Below, piece after piece: positions 37,220 through 48,073 of a stretch of DNA of 64,000 nt; within the stretch, counting starts at the first letter, position 1, and each line of letters begins with the position of its first letter. The notes under the pieces were generated by a model. It worked only from the letters and a program-made list of their open reading frames with translations. It searched no databases and was not told where the DNA came from. The position numbers and the translations under genes were made by a program. Source of the stretch: Candidatus Bathyarchaeia archaeon (GTDB taxonomy: Archaea; Thermoproteota; Bathyarchaeia; Bathyarchaeales; Bathycorpusculaceae); the NCBI GenBank assembly GCA_049515895.1, contig JBEKTQ010000013.1:22604-86603 (forward strand). Reading direction: 5' to 3'.

Positions 37220-38215
37220 ATGGCAGCACCAACATTAGTCGCAGTCGGGCTAGGCGGAGCAGGATGCAACGTCATAACTTGGATCAAAGAAAAGGGAATC
37301 ACCGGCGGCAAACTAGTAGCTGTAAACACCGACGCCACACACCTATTGACCATCAAAGCCGACAAAAGAATCTTGATAGGGGAAAAACTGACCAGAGGAC
37401 TAGGCAGCGGAGGCTACCCGGAAGTAGGCGAAAAAGCACTTTACGAGACAGCCAACGAAGTCATACATGAACTACAAAGAGCCAACATCATCTTCATGAT
37501 AGCAGGCTTAGGCGGAGGAACAGGAACAGGATCAATCGTCGGCTTAGCTGAGACATTACATAGAAAAACTGCTGGATCTCCGATGGCTCCGTTACTCGTA
37601 GGTGTAGTCACTCTTCCATTCGAAGTTGAAACAGCAAGAATGAATGCAGCGAAAAAAGGACTAAACCGACTCAAAGACTCATGCGACACCGTCGTAGTGA
37701 TTGACAACAACAGGCTGGTAAAAGTAGCTGGCAACCTGCCTTTCAGAGAAGCCTTAGGCGTAGCAAACACCACAGTCGGCAAATTCGTAAAAGGGGTAAC
37801 CGAAACAATCACAACTGCAAGCCTCATAAACATGGACTACGCAGATTTGAAGGCAATCATGACAGGGTCAGGCTTGGCCTCAATAGGCATAGGCGAAGGC
37901 ACCGGTGAAACAAGAGTTGAACAGGCAGTAGAAAAAGCATTAAACGGAAGACTACTCGACATAGAAGACGTGACAAAGGCAAAGGGATTACTCATACATG
38001 TCTCAGGTGGAGAAGACCTAACACTCACCGAAGTCAACCGAGCCGCTGAAATAATGAAACGTTCATTGCCGCCGAAAACAAAGATTATCTGGGGTGCAAG
38101 AGTCGATAAGGAACTACAAGGCTGTGTTTCAGTCATGGCTGTGATTACTGGCGTTGAAAGCGCGTTCTTACGTAAAAACGAAAAACACTTGGGACCACTA
38201 AAATTCAACAGATAA
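37220..38215 (+). CDS. ftsZ: Cell division protein FtsZ
   Basis: VGLGGAGCN, VNTD, GLGGGTGTG, LPFEVE, IDNNRL, T7 loop INMDYADL and IIWGA motifs. Confidence 0.95.
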   Translation: MAAPTLVAVGLGGAGCNVITWIKEKGITGGKLVAVNTDATHLLTIKADKRILIGEKLTRGLGSGGYPEVGEKALYETANEVIHELQRANIIFMIAGLGGGTGTGSIVGLAETLHRKTAGSPMAPLLVGVVTLPFEVETARMNAAKKGLNRLKDSCDTVVVIDNNRLVKVAGNLPFREALGVANTTVGKFVKGVTETITTASLINMDYADLKAIMTGSGLASIGIGEGTGETRVEQAVEKALNGRLLDIEDVTKAKGLLIHVSGGEDLTLTEVNRAAEIMKRSLPPKTKIIWGARVDKELQGCVSVMAVITGVESAFLRKNEKHLGPLKFNR

Positions 38216-38341
38216 GCAGCAAACTGCTTTTTTTCCTCTCTCACCTTTATTTTTTTTTATTAATCCCATAGGCTTGACCTCGAAATTTATATTTGGAATC
38301 TGGTTTTTTCCTGAAATCCTCAAAACATCTTTGGTTTAATT

Positions 38342-39349
38342 GTGGCTAGAATTTATAAGATGCGAGGATATTTGTGCTCGAGGGATACCCTTATGCCATT
38401 GACAGATGTTCCAACCATTGAGGCCGTTAAACTTACAAAACGTTACGGTACATTTGAAGCAGTTTCGGAATTGAACATCAAAATAGAAGGTGCAAAATGC
38501 GTCGGTTTTTTAGGTCCGAACGGCGCGGGAAAAACAACAACCCTCAAGATGTTTACAGATTTGATTCGTCCTTCTTCCGGAGAGGCGCTGATTAACGGCA
38601 TAAACGTTCACACTAGTAAGAAAGCGGCTTTGGCTTCGGTTGCGGCGCTTATTGAGACCCCTGAAATTTACCCTTCATTGACGCCACGAGAAGCCCTGTC
38701 GATGATCGGAGAGATTCGGGGAGTGCCAGCTGGTGAGCTTAAGAAGAGAATTGAAGAAGCCGTGGCTGAAGTCCATATGGATGAATGGATCGACAGGAGG
38801 GTTGGCAGATTCTCCAAAGGCATGAAGCAGAGAATTGTTATTGCCTCTGTTCTTCTTAGTGACCCCCAGATTCTTTTTCTGGATGAACCAACGACCGGGC
38901 TTGATCCCCGAGGAATGAGCGAAGTTAGAGACATCGTCAAATCTCTGAAGAGCAAGCAGAGGCTAATTTTCATGAGTTCACATATTCTAAGTGAAGTTTC
39001 CGACGTATGTGATGAAGTTGCCATGATTGACCATGGTAAACTAATCGTTTACAACACCATCGCTAATGTGACATCCAAATTCGCAGGCGGAAACAACGTT
39101 GTTGAAGTTGGGTTAGCACGTCCAATCGACATCGAAATCCTCTCAGAAAATATTCCTTCTTTGCCAGGTGTAGTGAAGGCTGAAAAAGTTGATGATAGAA
39201 ACCTGAAAATAACTTTCAGCGGGGGGTTAGACGCTCAAGAACGCCTGCTCAACGAAATCGTCACCCTAAACATCGGCGTTGTAAGCTACAAAGTCGCGAC
39301 ATCTGAACTTGAAGACGCATATCTAAAACTAATAACGGCTACGTTGTGA
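38342..39349 (+). CDS. ABC-2 exporter ATP-binding subunit
   Basis: GPNGAGKTT, FSKGMKQR and LDEPTTGLDP motifs. Confidence 0.95.
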   Translation: MARIYKMRGYLCSRDTLMPLTDVPTIEAVKLTKRYGTFEAVSELNIKIEGAKCVGFLGPNGAGKTTTLKMFTDLIRPSSGEALINGINVHTSKKAALASVAALIETPEIYPSLTPREALSMIGEIRGVPAGELKKRIEEAVAEVHMDEWIDRRVGRFSKGMKQRIVIASVLLSDPQILFLDEPTTGLDPRGMSEVRDIVKSLKSKQRLIFMSSHILSEVSDVCDEVAMIDHGKLIVYNTIANVTSKFAGGNNVVEVGLARPIDIEILSENIPSLPGVVKAEKVDDRNLKITFSGGLDAQERLLNEIVTLNIGVVSYKVATSELEDAYLKLITATL

Positions 39350-40212
39350 TAAAAATGACCCAAAGGTATTCTGAATCAATAAATATCGTTCCAACCAGTA
39401 TCGCCCAAGTGGGCACAACAATGAAGTACTCTCTTCTCGATTATCTGAGAGGCAGAAGATTCTTCATAATGCTGATAATAACAGCATTAATAAGCATACT
39501 TCTTACAGTTCTTGTAGGATACTACCGCCCAGTAGGCTTTCTATCGGACAACCTGGCATTCTACAACAGTTGGTGGGGAACCAGCGTAACATTTGTCGTG
39601 GTGCTTTCGGCAATTTTCTTTGGCGGCGATGCAATATCAGGGGAATTTCAAAACAAAACAGGATACTTTGGCGTTCCGAACCCGATTAGACGTTCATCAA
39701 TATACATAGGAAAATGGTTAGCAGCTTTCGTTGCGTCCGCAGTTATGTTGGGCATTTTCACGGTTGTCACGTTAGGAAACGGGCTGTATTACTTTTCAAG
39801 CGTACCCTATCAATTTGGCGAGTCATTCTTGTTCGCGTTGTTATATATGGTTGCGGTTCTCGGATTCACGTTTTTCTTCAGCTCATTGTTCAAGAGCAGT
39901 TCAATGTCAATCCTTATAACCGCAATACTGTTCTTGTTTGTCTTTACACTGCTTAACACGTTGATTGCGACCCTTGTTAAAATCGAACCATGGTTCCTCA
40001 TTAACTATGGTGCACAAATAATCGGAAATGTTCTGTCATCGCCTTTTCCGCCGCACAAAATCACTTCCACAAACATCGGTCCCGGAGGCAGGTCCTTCAC
40101 AACCACAACGTTCAACGCTTCGATACCTGAGGGACTCGCTATCATGAGCATATACTTCATTGTCACGGCAATCTTGGGCTTGGTACTTTTTGAAAGAAAA
40201 GAATTCACTTAG
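39346..40212 (+). CDS. ABC-2 exporter permease
   Basis: ISGEFQNKTG...PIRRSSIYIGKW; about six TM helices. Confidence 0.9.
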   Translation: MIKMTQRYSESINIVPTSIAQVGTTMKYSLLDYLRGRRFFIMLIITALISILLTVLVGYYRPVGFLSDNLAFYNSWWGTSVTFVVVLSAIFFGGDAISGEFQNKTGYFGVPNPIRRSSIYIGKWLAAFVASAVMLGIFTVVTLGNGLYYFSSVPYQFGESFLFALLYMVAVLGFTFFFSSLFKSSSMSILITAILFLFVFTLLNTLIATLVKIEPWFLINYGAQIIGNVLSSPFPPHKITSTNIGPGGRSFTTTTFNASIPEGLAIMSIYFIVTAILGLVLFERKEFT

Positions 40213-40303
40213 ATGCTGCAACTAATGCACTTTAGTTGGCACCCAGCGTACGTCATGGATGATAGTAAAATTTAACTACTAAAACATACTAAGGCACGGT
40301 CTA

Positions 40304-41473
40304 ATGAGAAGACTTCCACTACAATTCGTAGGCTCGGTGTGCACAAATCCTAACCTGGTGATGAGTTTTGGCAGAGGGGCTTATCGAGAGTTTGTTAAAT
40401 CGAAATTAGATTACCGAAATGTGGACGGAAGCAGTTCTGCACTTTGGCTGCTGAGCCTTAGAATTACGCATCGCTGCAATCATAGATGTGCGATCTGTGC
40501 GCAGTGGGGACAAAGCGGATACAATGCGAGGGATGACACGCCCAAGGTTACTGGAGAAGTCCCAGTTGAGGTTTACAAGAAAGTAATAGATGAAGTTGCA
40601 CCTAAGAAAGTTCACGTTTACATAACGGGCGGAGAACCATTTCTTTACGAATCGCTGGTTCCGTTTGTTAACTACATCAAAGACAAGGGACTAACGGTTC
40701 AGATAGTTACAAATGGAGTCGGTCTAGAACGAAACGCTGAAACCATCGTAGACAACGGTTGGGACATGATTTGCGTCTCTTTTGACGGCCCCAGAGAAAT
40801 CCATGATAAATGCCGAGGAGTCCCAGGAGCCATGGACACCGCCATCAAAGGATTATCGGCGATTCAAAAGCTAAAGAAGGAGAAAAAGAAAAGAAAACCC
40901 GCGATATTCACCTTAACCACAATCTCCAGCAACAATCAGTACACGTTGGTCGATACTGTAAAGGAAGCAGAAAAGCTGAATCCTACTGGCATAGTAATTT
41001 ATTACTCATGGTTCACCCGAGAGTGGATTGGGGAAAAACACACAAAAATTGTCAATGAGAAGTTGGGCATTACGCCTTTCGCCTGGAAAGGTTATGTCCG
41101 CGACACTTCAAACTTGGACATAGACGCGATTGTTGAGCAAGTCAAGAAAATAAAAAGTGACAAACATTTCGGGAATACTCTTTTCGTACCTGACCTTAAA
41201 TTAGAGGATATCCGAGCCTATTATACTGAACCAGAAAACTTCTTCGGCTACAAAAAATGTGTTTCACCATGGTTCCAACTGGACGTAATGCCGAACGGAG
41301 ACGTAGTTACATGCAGGGATTTCCCAGACTTTGTCACAGGAAACATAATGGAGTCGCCGATCCTAGACATATACAACAGCGAAAAATACCGGAAGTTTAG
41401 GCGCGCTCTTAGAAGCTGTGACAACGGCGTTTTTCCAATATGCTCCAGATGCTGCGGATTAATGGGGTATTAA
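40304..41473 (+). CDS. Radical SAM/SPASM protein
   Basis: CNHRCAIC and TGGEP motifs; SPASM cysteines (C..PW, GDVVTC, CSRCC). Confidence 0.92.
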   Translation: MRRLPLQFVGSVCTNPNLVMSFGRGAYREFVKSKLDYRNVDGSSSALWLLSLRITHRCNHRCAICAQWGQSGYNARDDTPKVTGEVPVEVYKKVIDEVAPKKVHVYITGGEPFLYESLVPFVNYIKDKGLTVQIVTNGVGLERNAETIVDNGWDMICVSFDGPREIHDKCRGVPGAMDTAIKGLSAIQKLKKEKKKRKPAIFTLTTISSNNQYTLVDTVKEAEKLNPTGIVIYYSWFTREWIGEKHTKIVNEKLGITPFAWKGYVRDTSNLDIDAIVEQVKKIKSDKHFGNTLFVPDLKLEDIRAYYTEPENFFGYKKCVSPWFQLDVMPNGDVVTCRDFPDFVTGNIMESPILDIYNSEKYRKFRRALRSCDNGVFPICSRCCGLMGY

Positions 41474-41502
41474 GAATGCTGCTAGAAATGGGTTGACCTA
41501 CG

Positions 41503-42237
41503 ATGGAGCCCATTGATGTTGCCATTCTCACCTATAACAGCTCAATAAAGTTGAGGGAATGCATTAATTCTGTTTACGCGAATGTACCTGTAAAAAACCT
41601 GATTGTCGTTGACGGTTACTCAACCGACGCTACACAAGCCATAGTGACAGAGTTCCAAGAGCGCTACGGCAACGTTTTTTTCATCCAAGAAAAGGGAACA
41701 AGAGCAACAGCTAGGCAAAAAGCGATTCAACTGGTGAAAAGCGACTGGTTCATGTTTGTAGACAGCGACGTTATCCTTTCAAGGAACTGGTTTGCTGAAG
41801 CGGAAAAACAGGTACGGGAAAACGTCGGCGCAATCTGGGGAATCGAAATCTGGTCAGTGCTGAAAGGAAAAAAGATCTTGCCCCTTTTCGAGCGGGTTAC
41901 AATGAAAATTTTCGAACGGCGAGGCGGAACCCACGACATACTGATTAGGCGAAAAACGGTTGAAGACATTAAGATACCGTATCAACTGCACACTTACGAG
42001 GACGCTTTCATCAAGTCGTGGATCGACAAGAAGGGCTACAGAGTGATAGGTGTCTATGAACCGTATTGCATCCATTTTCGGGCAGATTCCGTGTGGACCG
42101 CTAAAAAACACGTTGAACTCTTGGTCAGCGACCTCAAATTTGCTCTTCGACGCCCGCTTCTCCTGCTGCCCTACGGCTTCTACTCAGCGGTTGTCACCTA
42201 CCAAATCGCAGTCAACAAATTCAAGCACGAAAGTTAA
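41503..42237 (+). CDS. Glycosyltransferase family 2
   Basis: TYNS, VVDGYSTD, FVDSD and YED motifs. Confidence 0.9.
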   Translation: MEPIDVAILTYNSSIKLRECINSVYANVPVKNLIVVDGYSTDATQAIVTEFQERYGNVFFIQEKGTRATARQKAIQLVKSDWFMFVDSDVILSRNWFAEAEKQVRENVGAIWGIEIWSVLKGKKILPLFERVTMKIFERRGGTHDILIRRKTVEDIKIPYQLHTYEDAFIKSWIDKKGYRVIGVYEPYCIHFRADSVWTAKKHVELLVSDLKFALRRPLLLLPYGFYSAVVTYQIAVNKFKHES

Positions 42238-42396
42238 GAAACGGAAATAGCCGGCTGCATCTTGAATTTGAGGCGAGCAATTAACGCATTATTGAAATTT
42301 GAGTTTTCTATTTCTTCGTTTTTCGAGGAAAGTAAAGGAATATGCTAAAATAGGCTAAAATATATTCAAGTAAGAAAATAAATTAAGCGGATTGGC

Positions 42397-43191
42397 TTGG
42401 GGTTGTCTCAAAAGCTTGGGCAGTTACGTAAGAAAGCGCCGCAACTGATTGTCATAGCGATTGCTGTAGTTGTTGTGCTTTATTTCGTAATTGACATTTT
42501 GGATGATGTAGTTATCGAGGGCAACCCTGCGACAAGCGAACCACTCATCGGCCTTGTTGTTTCCATAGTGCACGGCGTGACCTCCACGATAAGGGCGTTC
42601 GGGTACCCAGGCATATTCGTGCTGATGTTCCTTGAAACAAGTTCCCTCCCTATCCCGAGCGAGGTCATTCTTCCCTTCGCTGGCTACCTGAGTTTCATGG
42701 GGCAATTTAATTCTTACCTGGTCGTCGCGGTTGCAACAGTAGCTGGAATATTTGGTTCATTGATTGACTACTACATAGGGCTAAAAGGCGTCCAATCCCT
42801 TGTTAAACATAAAATCTTGGGAAAAGTCATCTTATCAACCGGCCAGCTCCAACTTGCAGAGAAATGGTTTGACAAACACGGCAGCTTAGTTGTTTTTGCA
42901 AGCCGACTGATCCCCGGTTTTCGAACAACCTTTTCTTTCCCCGCTGGAGCGGCAAAGATGCCGTTGAAGAAATTCCTCATTTATACCACCGCAGGATGCC
43001 TCTTGTGGAACGCAATCCTAGTTTACTTAGGCTGGTACTTGGGCAAGAATTGGACAGTTGTCGCTGGAATATCCCAATACATAATTTTGGGGTCGGTTGC
43101 TGCGGCAGTAATTGCGGTTGTCATTTACTTGGTCGTGAGAAGGAGAAAGATGCAGGAACAAAAGCGATTGCCAAAGCAAAGTGGGCCTTAG
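42397..43191 (+). CDS. DedA family membrane protein
   Basis: PIPSEVILPFAG and SRLIPGFRT motifs. Confidence 0.92.
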   Translation: MGLSQKLGQLRKKAPQLIVIAIAVVVVLYFVIDILDDVVIEGNPATSEPLIGLVVSIVHGVTSTIRAFGYPGIFVLMFLETSSLPIPSEVILPFAGYLSFMGQFNSYLVVAVATVAGIFGSLIDYYIGLKGVQSLVKHKILGKVILSTGQLQLAEKWFDKHGSLVVFASRLIPGFRTTFSFPAGAAKMPLKKFLIYTTAGCLLWNAILVYLGWYLGKNWTVVAGISQYIILGSVAAAVIAVVIYLVVRRRKMQEQKRLPKQSGP

Positions 43192-44288
43192 ACCAGTGTT
43201 GTTATTTTCGGTTTCACTTCACCTTTCAACCCGAGGGCTTTTGCTTCCTGAACTTGCAGCATGCAATCGACATGTGAAGCTTCATTGAACATTTTGTAAT
43301 CTATCATTTCAAGAAAGGCGCCGTCGATTGACACTGCTGAGTCAGAAGCGAAGATTCCAACGTCTTTCATGACGGGTTCGCCTGGCATCGGTAAGCAATC
43401 GCAGTTAGGAGTTATGTCTTTGGCGAAGCTAACATACGACACTTTTTTCGCGTTAAAAGTCGATAGCACTCCGAAAGCAGCTGACGCAAGCGCTCTACAG
43501 AAATCATCTTGATCAGTGAATCTTATAGCCTCCATTGGGCAAGCGTCTTTGCACATTGGACAACGCATGCAAAGCGGGGAAGTATTATGCGCTTTTCCCT
43601 CGATGATTTCAGGCAGATGCAATTCGCAAGTTGCCTTGCATTTTCCGCAGCCTATACACTTAGACGTATCTATCTCTAACCCGACTACCCTATGCTGCCT
43701 GAACTTGCCGGCTCTAGGAGTGCAACCCATACCAAGGTTCTTTATGGCTCCACCGAAACCGCTTAGTTCATGACCCTTATCATGCGAAACAACAATCATT
43801 GCATCGGCTTCTGCAATCATACCTGACACCTCAATCTCGTTGAGCACGCCTTTGGTTGGGACAATTCGGTAGTTTTCACTTTTGAGACCGTCTGCGGGGA
43901 AGAAGGGTGCCCTGTTGAACCCGTTTGTCAACGCCGTGATTGTGTGGTCGTACCCGTTGTGCCGTTGAGCGTGATAGTAAGTGCTCGAGTCGGTGAGGAA
44001 TGGTTTTCCACCTGCCTCTTTAACTCTGCGGACTATTTCATGGACAAAAAAAGGCTGTACATAATACGGGTTTCCGAGCTCACCCACATGTAACTTGACT
44101 GCCACAAGGTCGCCTTTCTGCACGCAGTCAAAGGTGCCTGCTTCGTCGTATAGGCGGTTGGCCTCTTCGAGCAGGTTACGCTTTGGATCCCAAGGTACTA
44201 AATGAACTGTCATGTCATGTTTCACCTTCTTCCTATGAGTTTTACGACTTAATATAAATATAATTCCACGGGTTATGTGGTTAACCAT
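43188..44288 (-). CDS. DUF362 protein with 4Fe-4S ferredoxin domain (true start probably about 44213)
   Basis: AVKLHVGE, HDKGHELSGFGGAIKNLGMG, CIGCGKC and CMRCPMC motifs. Confidence 0.9.
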   Translation of the reverse strand: MVNHITRGIIFILSRKTHRKKVKHDMTVHLVPWDPKRNLLEEANRLYDEAGTFDCVQKGDLVAVKLHVGELGNPYYVQPFFVHEIVRRVKEAGGKPFLTDSSTYYHAQRHNGYDHTITALTNGFNRAPFFPADGLKSENYRIVPTKGVLNEIEVSGMIAEADAMIVVSHDKGHELSGFGGAIKNLGMGCTPRAGKFRQHRVVGLEIDTSKCIGCGKCKATCELHLPEIIEGKAHNTSPLCMRCPMCKDACPMEAIRFTDQDDFCRALASAAFGVLSTFNAKKVSYVSFAKDITPNCDCLPMPGEPVMKDVGIFASDSAVSIDGAFLEMIDYKMFNEASHVDCMLQVQEAKALGLKGEVKPKITTLV

Positions 44289-44325
44289 TTAACCAAGAAA
44301 AAAATACAACAGATCAATTTGGTAG

Positions 44326-45237
44326 TTGCTCGTCATGGGAACGCTTGAATGTAACGGATTAACAAAGATTTACGAGGATCACCGCAAGGCGTTGGAAAAC
44401 GTCACTTTTTCAGTGGAAACGAGCGGCATCTTCGGCTTAATCGGCAGAAACGGCGCTGGAAAAACCACTCTTATTCGAATTCTCGCTACTGAACTTCAAC
44501 CGACCTCAGGAACGGCAAGCATCAACGGTTTTGACATACTAAAACAGGAAAACAAGTTGCGGGAGAAAATTGCTATTGTCCCGCAGGAAGCCAGAGCCAT
44601 AAGGTGGATGACACCTAAACAAACTGTTTCTTCCTACCTTCTCTGGCGAGGATACAGCTACGGCGACGCAAATAGGCTCGCCAATGAGTCTCTTGAAAAA
44701 CTCGGTTTACAAGAATACGCTAACGTTTTAACCAGTCGCCTTTCGGGTGGCACAAAACGGAAAGTTCTGATAGCTACAGTCATGGCATCTGAAGCAGAAG
44801 TTATTTTTCTTGATGAACCCACAACGGGTTTGGACCCGATTTCAAGAAGGGAACTGTGGGAAATTCTTAGAGCTTTGGGAAAGAGACGGTTCATTTTTCT
44901 TACAACCCATTATTTGGAAGAGGCAGAGGAACTTGCTGATAAAATCGGTATTCTAAAGGAAGGTCAATTAGTTTCAATCGGCACCCTTTCAGAGATTAGA
45001 AAAGCCTCAAAGTACCAGTACAGCATCAAATTAGCTGCCAACGCGCCGGTTCCAACTTTGAACGAGGGGGAAGTGACCAAAGATACGCGCGGGCATACTC
45101 AGATAATGACTAACGAAAACGAGGCTTTCCGTTTAGCCAAAATGCTATCCGAACAGGGAATCAAGTTTTCAATCAACCCTGTAACTTTAGACGACATATT
45201 CTTTCTTCTCGTGGGTCAAAAAGCGAGGGATGAATAA
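44326..45237 (+). CDS. ABC-2 exporter ATP-binding subunit
   Basis: GRNGAGKTT, LSGG, LDEPTTGLD and THYLEEAE motifs. Confidence 0.95.
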   Translation: MLVMGTLECNGLTKIYEDHRKALENVTFSVETSGIFGLIGRNGAGKTTLIRILATELQPTSGTASINGFDILKQENKLREKIAIVPQEARAIRWMTPKQTVSSYLLWRGYSYGDANRLANESLEKLGLQEYANVLTSRLSGGTKRKVLIATVMASEAEVIFLDEPTTGLDPISRRELWEILRALGKRRFIFLTTHYLEEAEELADKIGILKEGQLVSIGTLSEIRKASKYQYSIKLAANAPVPTLNEGEVTKDTRGHTQIMTNENEAFRLAKMLSEQGIKFSINPVTLDDIFFLLVGQKARDE

Positions 45238-45981
45238 ATGAAACGCAGCAAACTTAGCCAAATCCTAGCCGGCGTGCTTGTTAACGCAGTATACGAAATG
45301 AAGAATTACCCTATCGTCTTAATCAGCACCGTTATCTCTCCGCTTTCCCTCCTAGCTGTCGTCACCTTTGTCAGCAAAGGCAGCCTTTTTGGAACAGCCA
45401 TCGAAGGCGGGTTAATTATGACCTTTTTCTCAAGCGGCATCGCATTGCAATCTGACCTTTCTCACTTGAAAAATGACTTCAAATTGCAGGATATGGTTGT
45501 CAGTTCTCCAACAACTTCACGCATGTATATGGGCGGAATGGCGCTAGCAGAAATCGTATACTCTCTCCCAAGCTTAGTCATACTTATTGTGCTTGCAGGA
45601 ATCTATCTACATCCTTCTCCTCTGCAAATTGCAATCTTGTCCATTGTGCTATTAGTGATGTTCGCAATTTCAGTGGCTTTAGGCTTCATGTTGTCAACTT
45701 TCTCAGCTGATGTTGTTCAAAGCTACGCGTTTTCGAGGCTTCTTTCACTGTTGTTCGCCACTTTGCCGCCGGTATATTACCCAATAACGTACATTCCTTC
45801 GCCAATTAGCTACTTTGCCTATCTTTCACCTACGACTTACGCAGCGGAAATCATGCATTCAGCAACCGGGTTCCTGCAGATTTCAGAGAATCTTGTGATA
45901 CTGGACTGGGTTGTTCTCTCGGCAGTGTGCGTTGTTATCTTGTACATAGCAGTAAAGAAAACAAGGTGGAAAGACGTTTAG
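45238..45981 (+). CDS. ABC-2 exporter permease
   Basis: Six TM helices, PVYYP and SPTTY motifs; abuts the ATPase gene. Confidence 0.9.
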   Translation: MKRSKLSQILAGVLVNAVYEMKNYPIVLISTVISPLSLLAVVTFVSKGSLFGTAIEGGLIMTFFSSGIALQSDLSHLKNDFKLQDMVVSSPTTSRMYMGGMALAEIVYSLPSLVILIVLAGIYLHPSPLQIAILSIVLLVMFAISVALGFMLSTFSADVVQSYAFSRLLSLLFATLPPVYYPITYIPSPISYFAYLSPTTYAAEIMHSATGFLQISENLVILDWVVLSAVCVVILYIAVKKTRWKDV

Positions 45982-45985
45982 GGGC

Positions 45986-46237
45986 TCAGTATTTTTTTCC
46001 CATGCTGAGTTGCTTCCCTATCTCAGCGGCGTCAGCTTCACTGTCGGCTAAAATGTTGACCCACAGTTCAAACTCGGCTTTTGAAATCTCCTTCTGTATG
46101 ACCCCTTTCTGATCTCCTGAAAAAAACCTGGAGGGATGAGAAGAGAAAAGCTTCACATAGAAGATCCGGTCTGCAATTGTAAGTTTTGAAGAGCAGCCTG
46201 CTTTTTCGCCTGCCCCGTAATCAACGTCGTAACCCAT
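45986..46237 (-). CDS. Hypothetical protein
   Basis: 83-aa ORF filling the gap; no motif recognised. Confidence 0.6.
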   Translation of the reverse strand: MGYDVDYGAGEKAGCSSKLTIADRIFYVKLFSSHPSRFFSGDQKGVIQKEISKAEFELWVNILADSEADAAEIGKQLSMGKKY

Positions 46238-46411
46238 ATTGAGCCCTTCTTTGAGAATCGTTGGTTTGTTACTTAAATTTTCTCTTCCATCAGGCTACTC
46301 TCTCTGCTGATTTTCTCAAAGAGGTTGTGTTGGCAGGTAACCTGGTTTGAGTAACAAATAGCAAAACCCAAGGTACAAAAAATGAAAGAAAAGGAAAGCT
46401 AAAGAATACGT

Positions 46412-47689
46412 TTATTCTGAGTTTTTACTGGAGTCTTCTGTTTCTGCTGCGGCTTCTTCTGCGTTTTGTTCGTGAGTCGTTTCGGGGTGCGCCACCTGGG
46501 GCGCCTCCAAAGGGTGGGCTGGAACTTGTACCTCCTCCACTATAACTGGATCGATCACAGTTTCAACCGCTGGCTCAATCACCTTATCAAGTGTCGTTTC
46601 AACTTCTGCAGTTTCGGGGGCAACTACGAAAACATCAATCGGGGCTTCAACAACTGGCTCTTTTGGAGCTTCAACAATTTCAGCGGGAACAGTTTCAGAT
46701 GTTTCGATCACAGCTGTTGCTTCCTCAATGGTTGGAGCTGCTTCAGGGGCTGGAGTGTCTATATTAATAATTGTCACTTCTGTTGCAGGCTCAACTATCG
46801 CTGGCTCTTTAGGGGCAATTTCAGGCGCAGGTTCAACTATCTCGTGAACTTCTGGCTCTATTGGCGCAATTGGAGCTGCTTCTGCTGAAGCAACCTCGGC
46901 GACTCGCGTCTCAACGGGGGCGGCTTCTACTGGGGTTTCAACTGGGGCAACTTCAACAACGGGAGCGGTTTCAATTGGGGTCTCAACAGGTGCGGTTTCG
47001 ACTGGAGTCTCAACTGGAGCGGTTTCAACCGGGGTAGCTACTGTTTCAACTGGGGCTGCCACTATGGGGGCGGTTTCTATGGGAGTGGTTTCAACTGGGG
47101 TTGCTTCTGCTTTTGCTGTTTCAACTGGAATCTCAACTGGAATCGTTTCAACGGTGGCAGGCTCAATAGGAGCTGGTTCCACGGCAGCTTCAATTGTGGG
47201 AGCTTCAACTACGGTCGGGGCGAGCGTTGGTTCTTCAATTACAGGCTGAGCAACTTCCTGGATAACCGGGGCAACTGGCTCCGGGGCTGCCTGCATCGCA
47301 GGCGCGCACAGCTGATTCGTAACCTGTTTTATCGTGATTAACTCGTTCTTGGTGGTCTCCAAGCTAGTTGACAACAGGCTTATTTCTCTTTGATAAATGT
47401 CCTCGTCGATTTCTCCGGCTACATGTTGGATCTCATAGCTGGCTAGAAGTGTTTCTAGAGTTTTAAGCTGGTTCTCCAACTCTTGCGTTTTCCCTTGCAT
47501 TCCATCAATTAGATCTTTTTGCTGCTTCTCAATCGCTGCTATGGCCGCGTTGATTTCAATGTTAAAAGAATCTCTGGTTGACTGTGAAATCCTGCCGCTT
47601 GCATAGAGGTTGTCTAATGCTTGCTGCTTTTTCTTTGCAATTTCGTATTCTTCATTTAATCTTTTAAATGTATATTTCCATGAAATCAA
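46412..47689 (-). CDS. CdvA-like coiled-coil protein with long acidic Pro/Ala/Glu/Val tail
   Basis: KKQQALDNLYASGRISQST...GEIDEDIY coiled coil. Probable TTG start at 47689 with GGTG RBS; PVETA repeats. Confidence 0.75.
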   Translation of the reverse strand: MISWKYTFKRLNEEYEIAKKKQQALDNLYASGRISQSTRDSFNIEINAAIAAIEKQQKDLIDGMQGKTQELENQLKTLETLLASYEIQHVAGEIDEDIYQREISLLSTSLETTKNELITIKQVTNQLCAPAMQAAPEPVAPVIQEVAQPVIEEPTLAPTVVEAPTIEAAVEPAPIEPATVETIPVEIPVETAKAEATPVETTPIETAPIVAAPVETVATPVETAPVETPVETAPVETPIETAPVVEVAPVETPVEAAPVETRVAEVASAEAAPIAPIEPEVHEIVEPAPEIAPKEPAIVEPATEVTIINIDTPAPEAAPTIEEATAVIETSETVPAEIVEAPKEPVVEAPIDVFVVAPETAEVETTLDKVIEPAVETVIDPVIVEEVQVPAHPLEAPQVAHPETTHEQNAEEAAAETEDSSKNSE

Positions 47690-48073
47690 TTTTAAGGCAC
47701 CGAACACTTTTAACCAAAAACAGCAAATAACGTTTCTTAACATGCACATATAGCGGTAACTATTAAGATCGTCTTTTGAAACATGGAAATAGAAACTTTG
47801 CAGTAAAATCCAATGGTTTTCGAACCTGTTTATGCATTGAAAAAGCAAAACATTTTCAGCTACCGCATCAATAAGTTGACATTTTCACGTCAATTGTGGC
47901 TGCCGCAGCACACAATTATGCACGATACATGATTCAGAATTGCCGTTGGAGACATGCTGAATACTGAATTTCAAATCTCAGTCATGTTCAAATCTGTTTA
48001 AACTTATCTATTCATGTTATAACATTCTATTCCAAATTCGAATAAAACTTATATATCTAAACAAGAATAAACA

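Noticed and set aside
46500-47300. DNA repeats in the CdvA-like gene as a separate element
   Set aside because: They are explained by the PVETA-type low-complexity protein tail.
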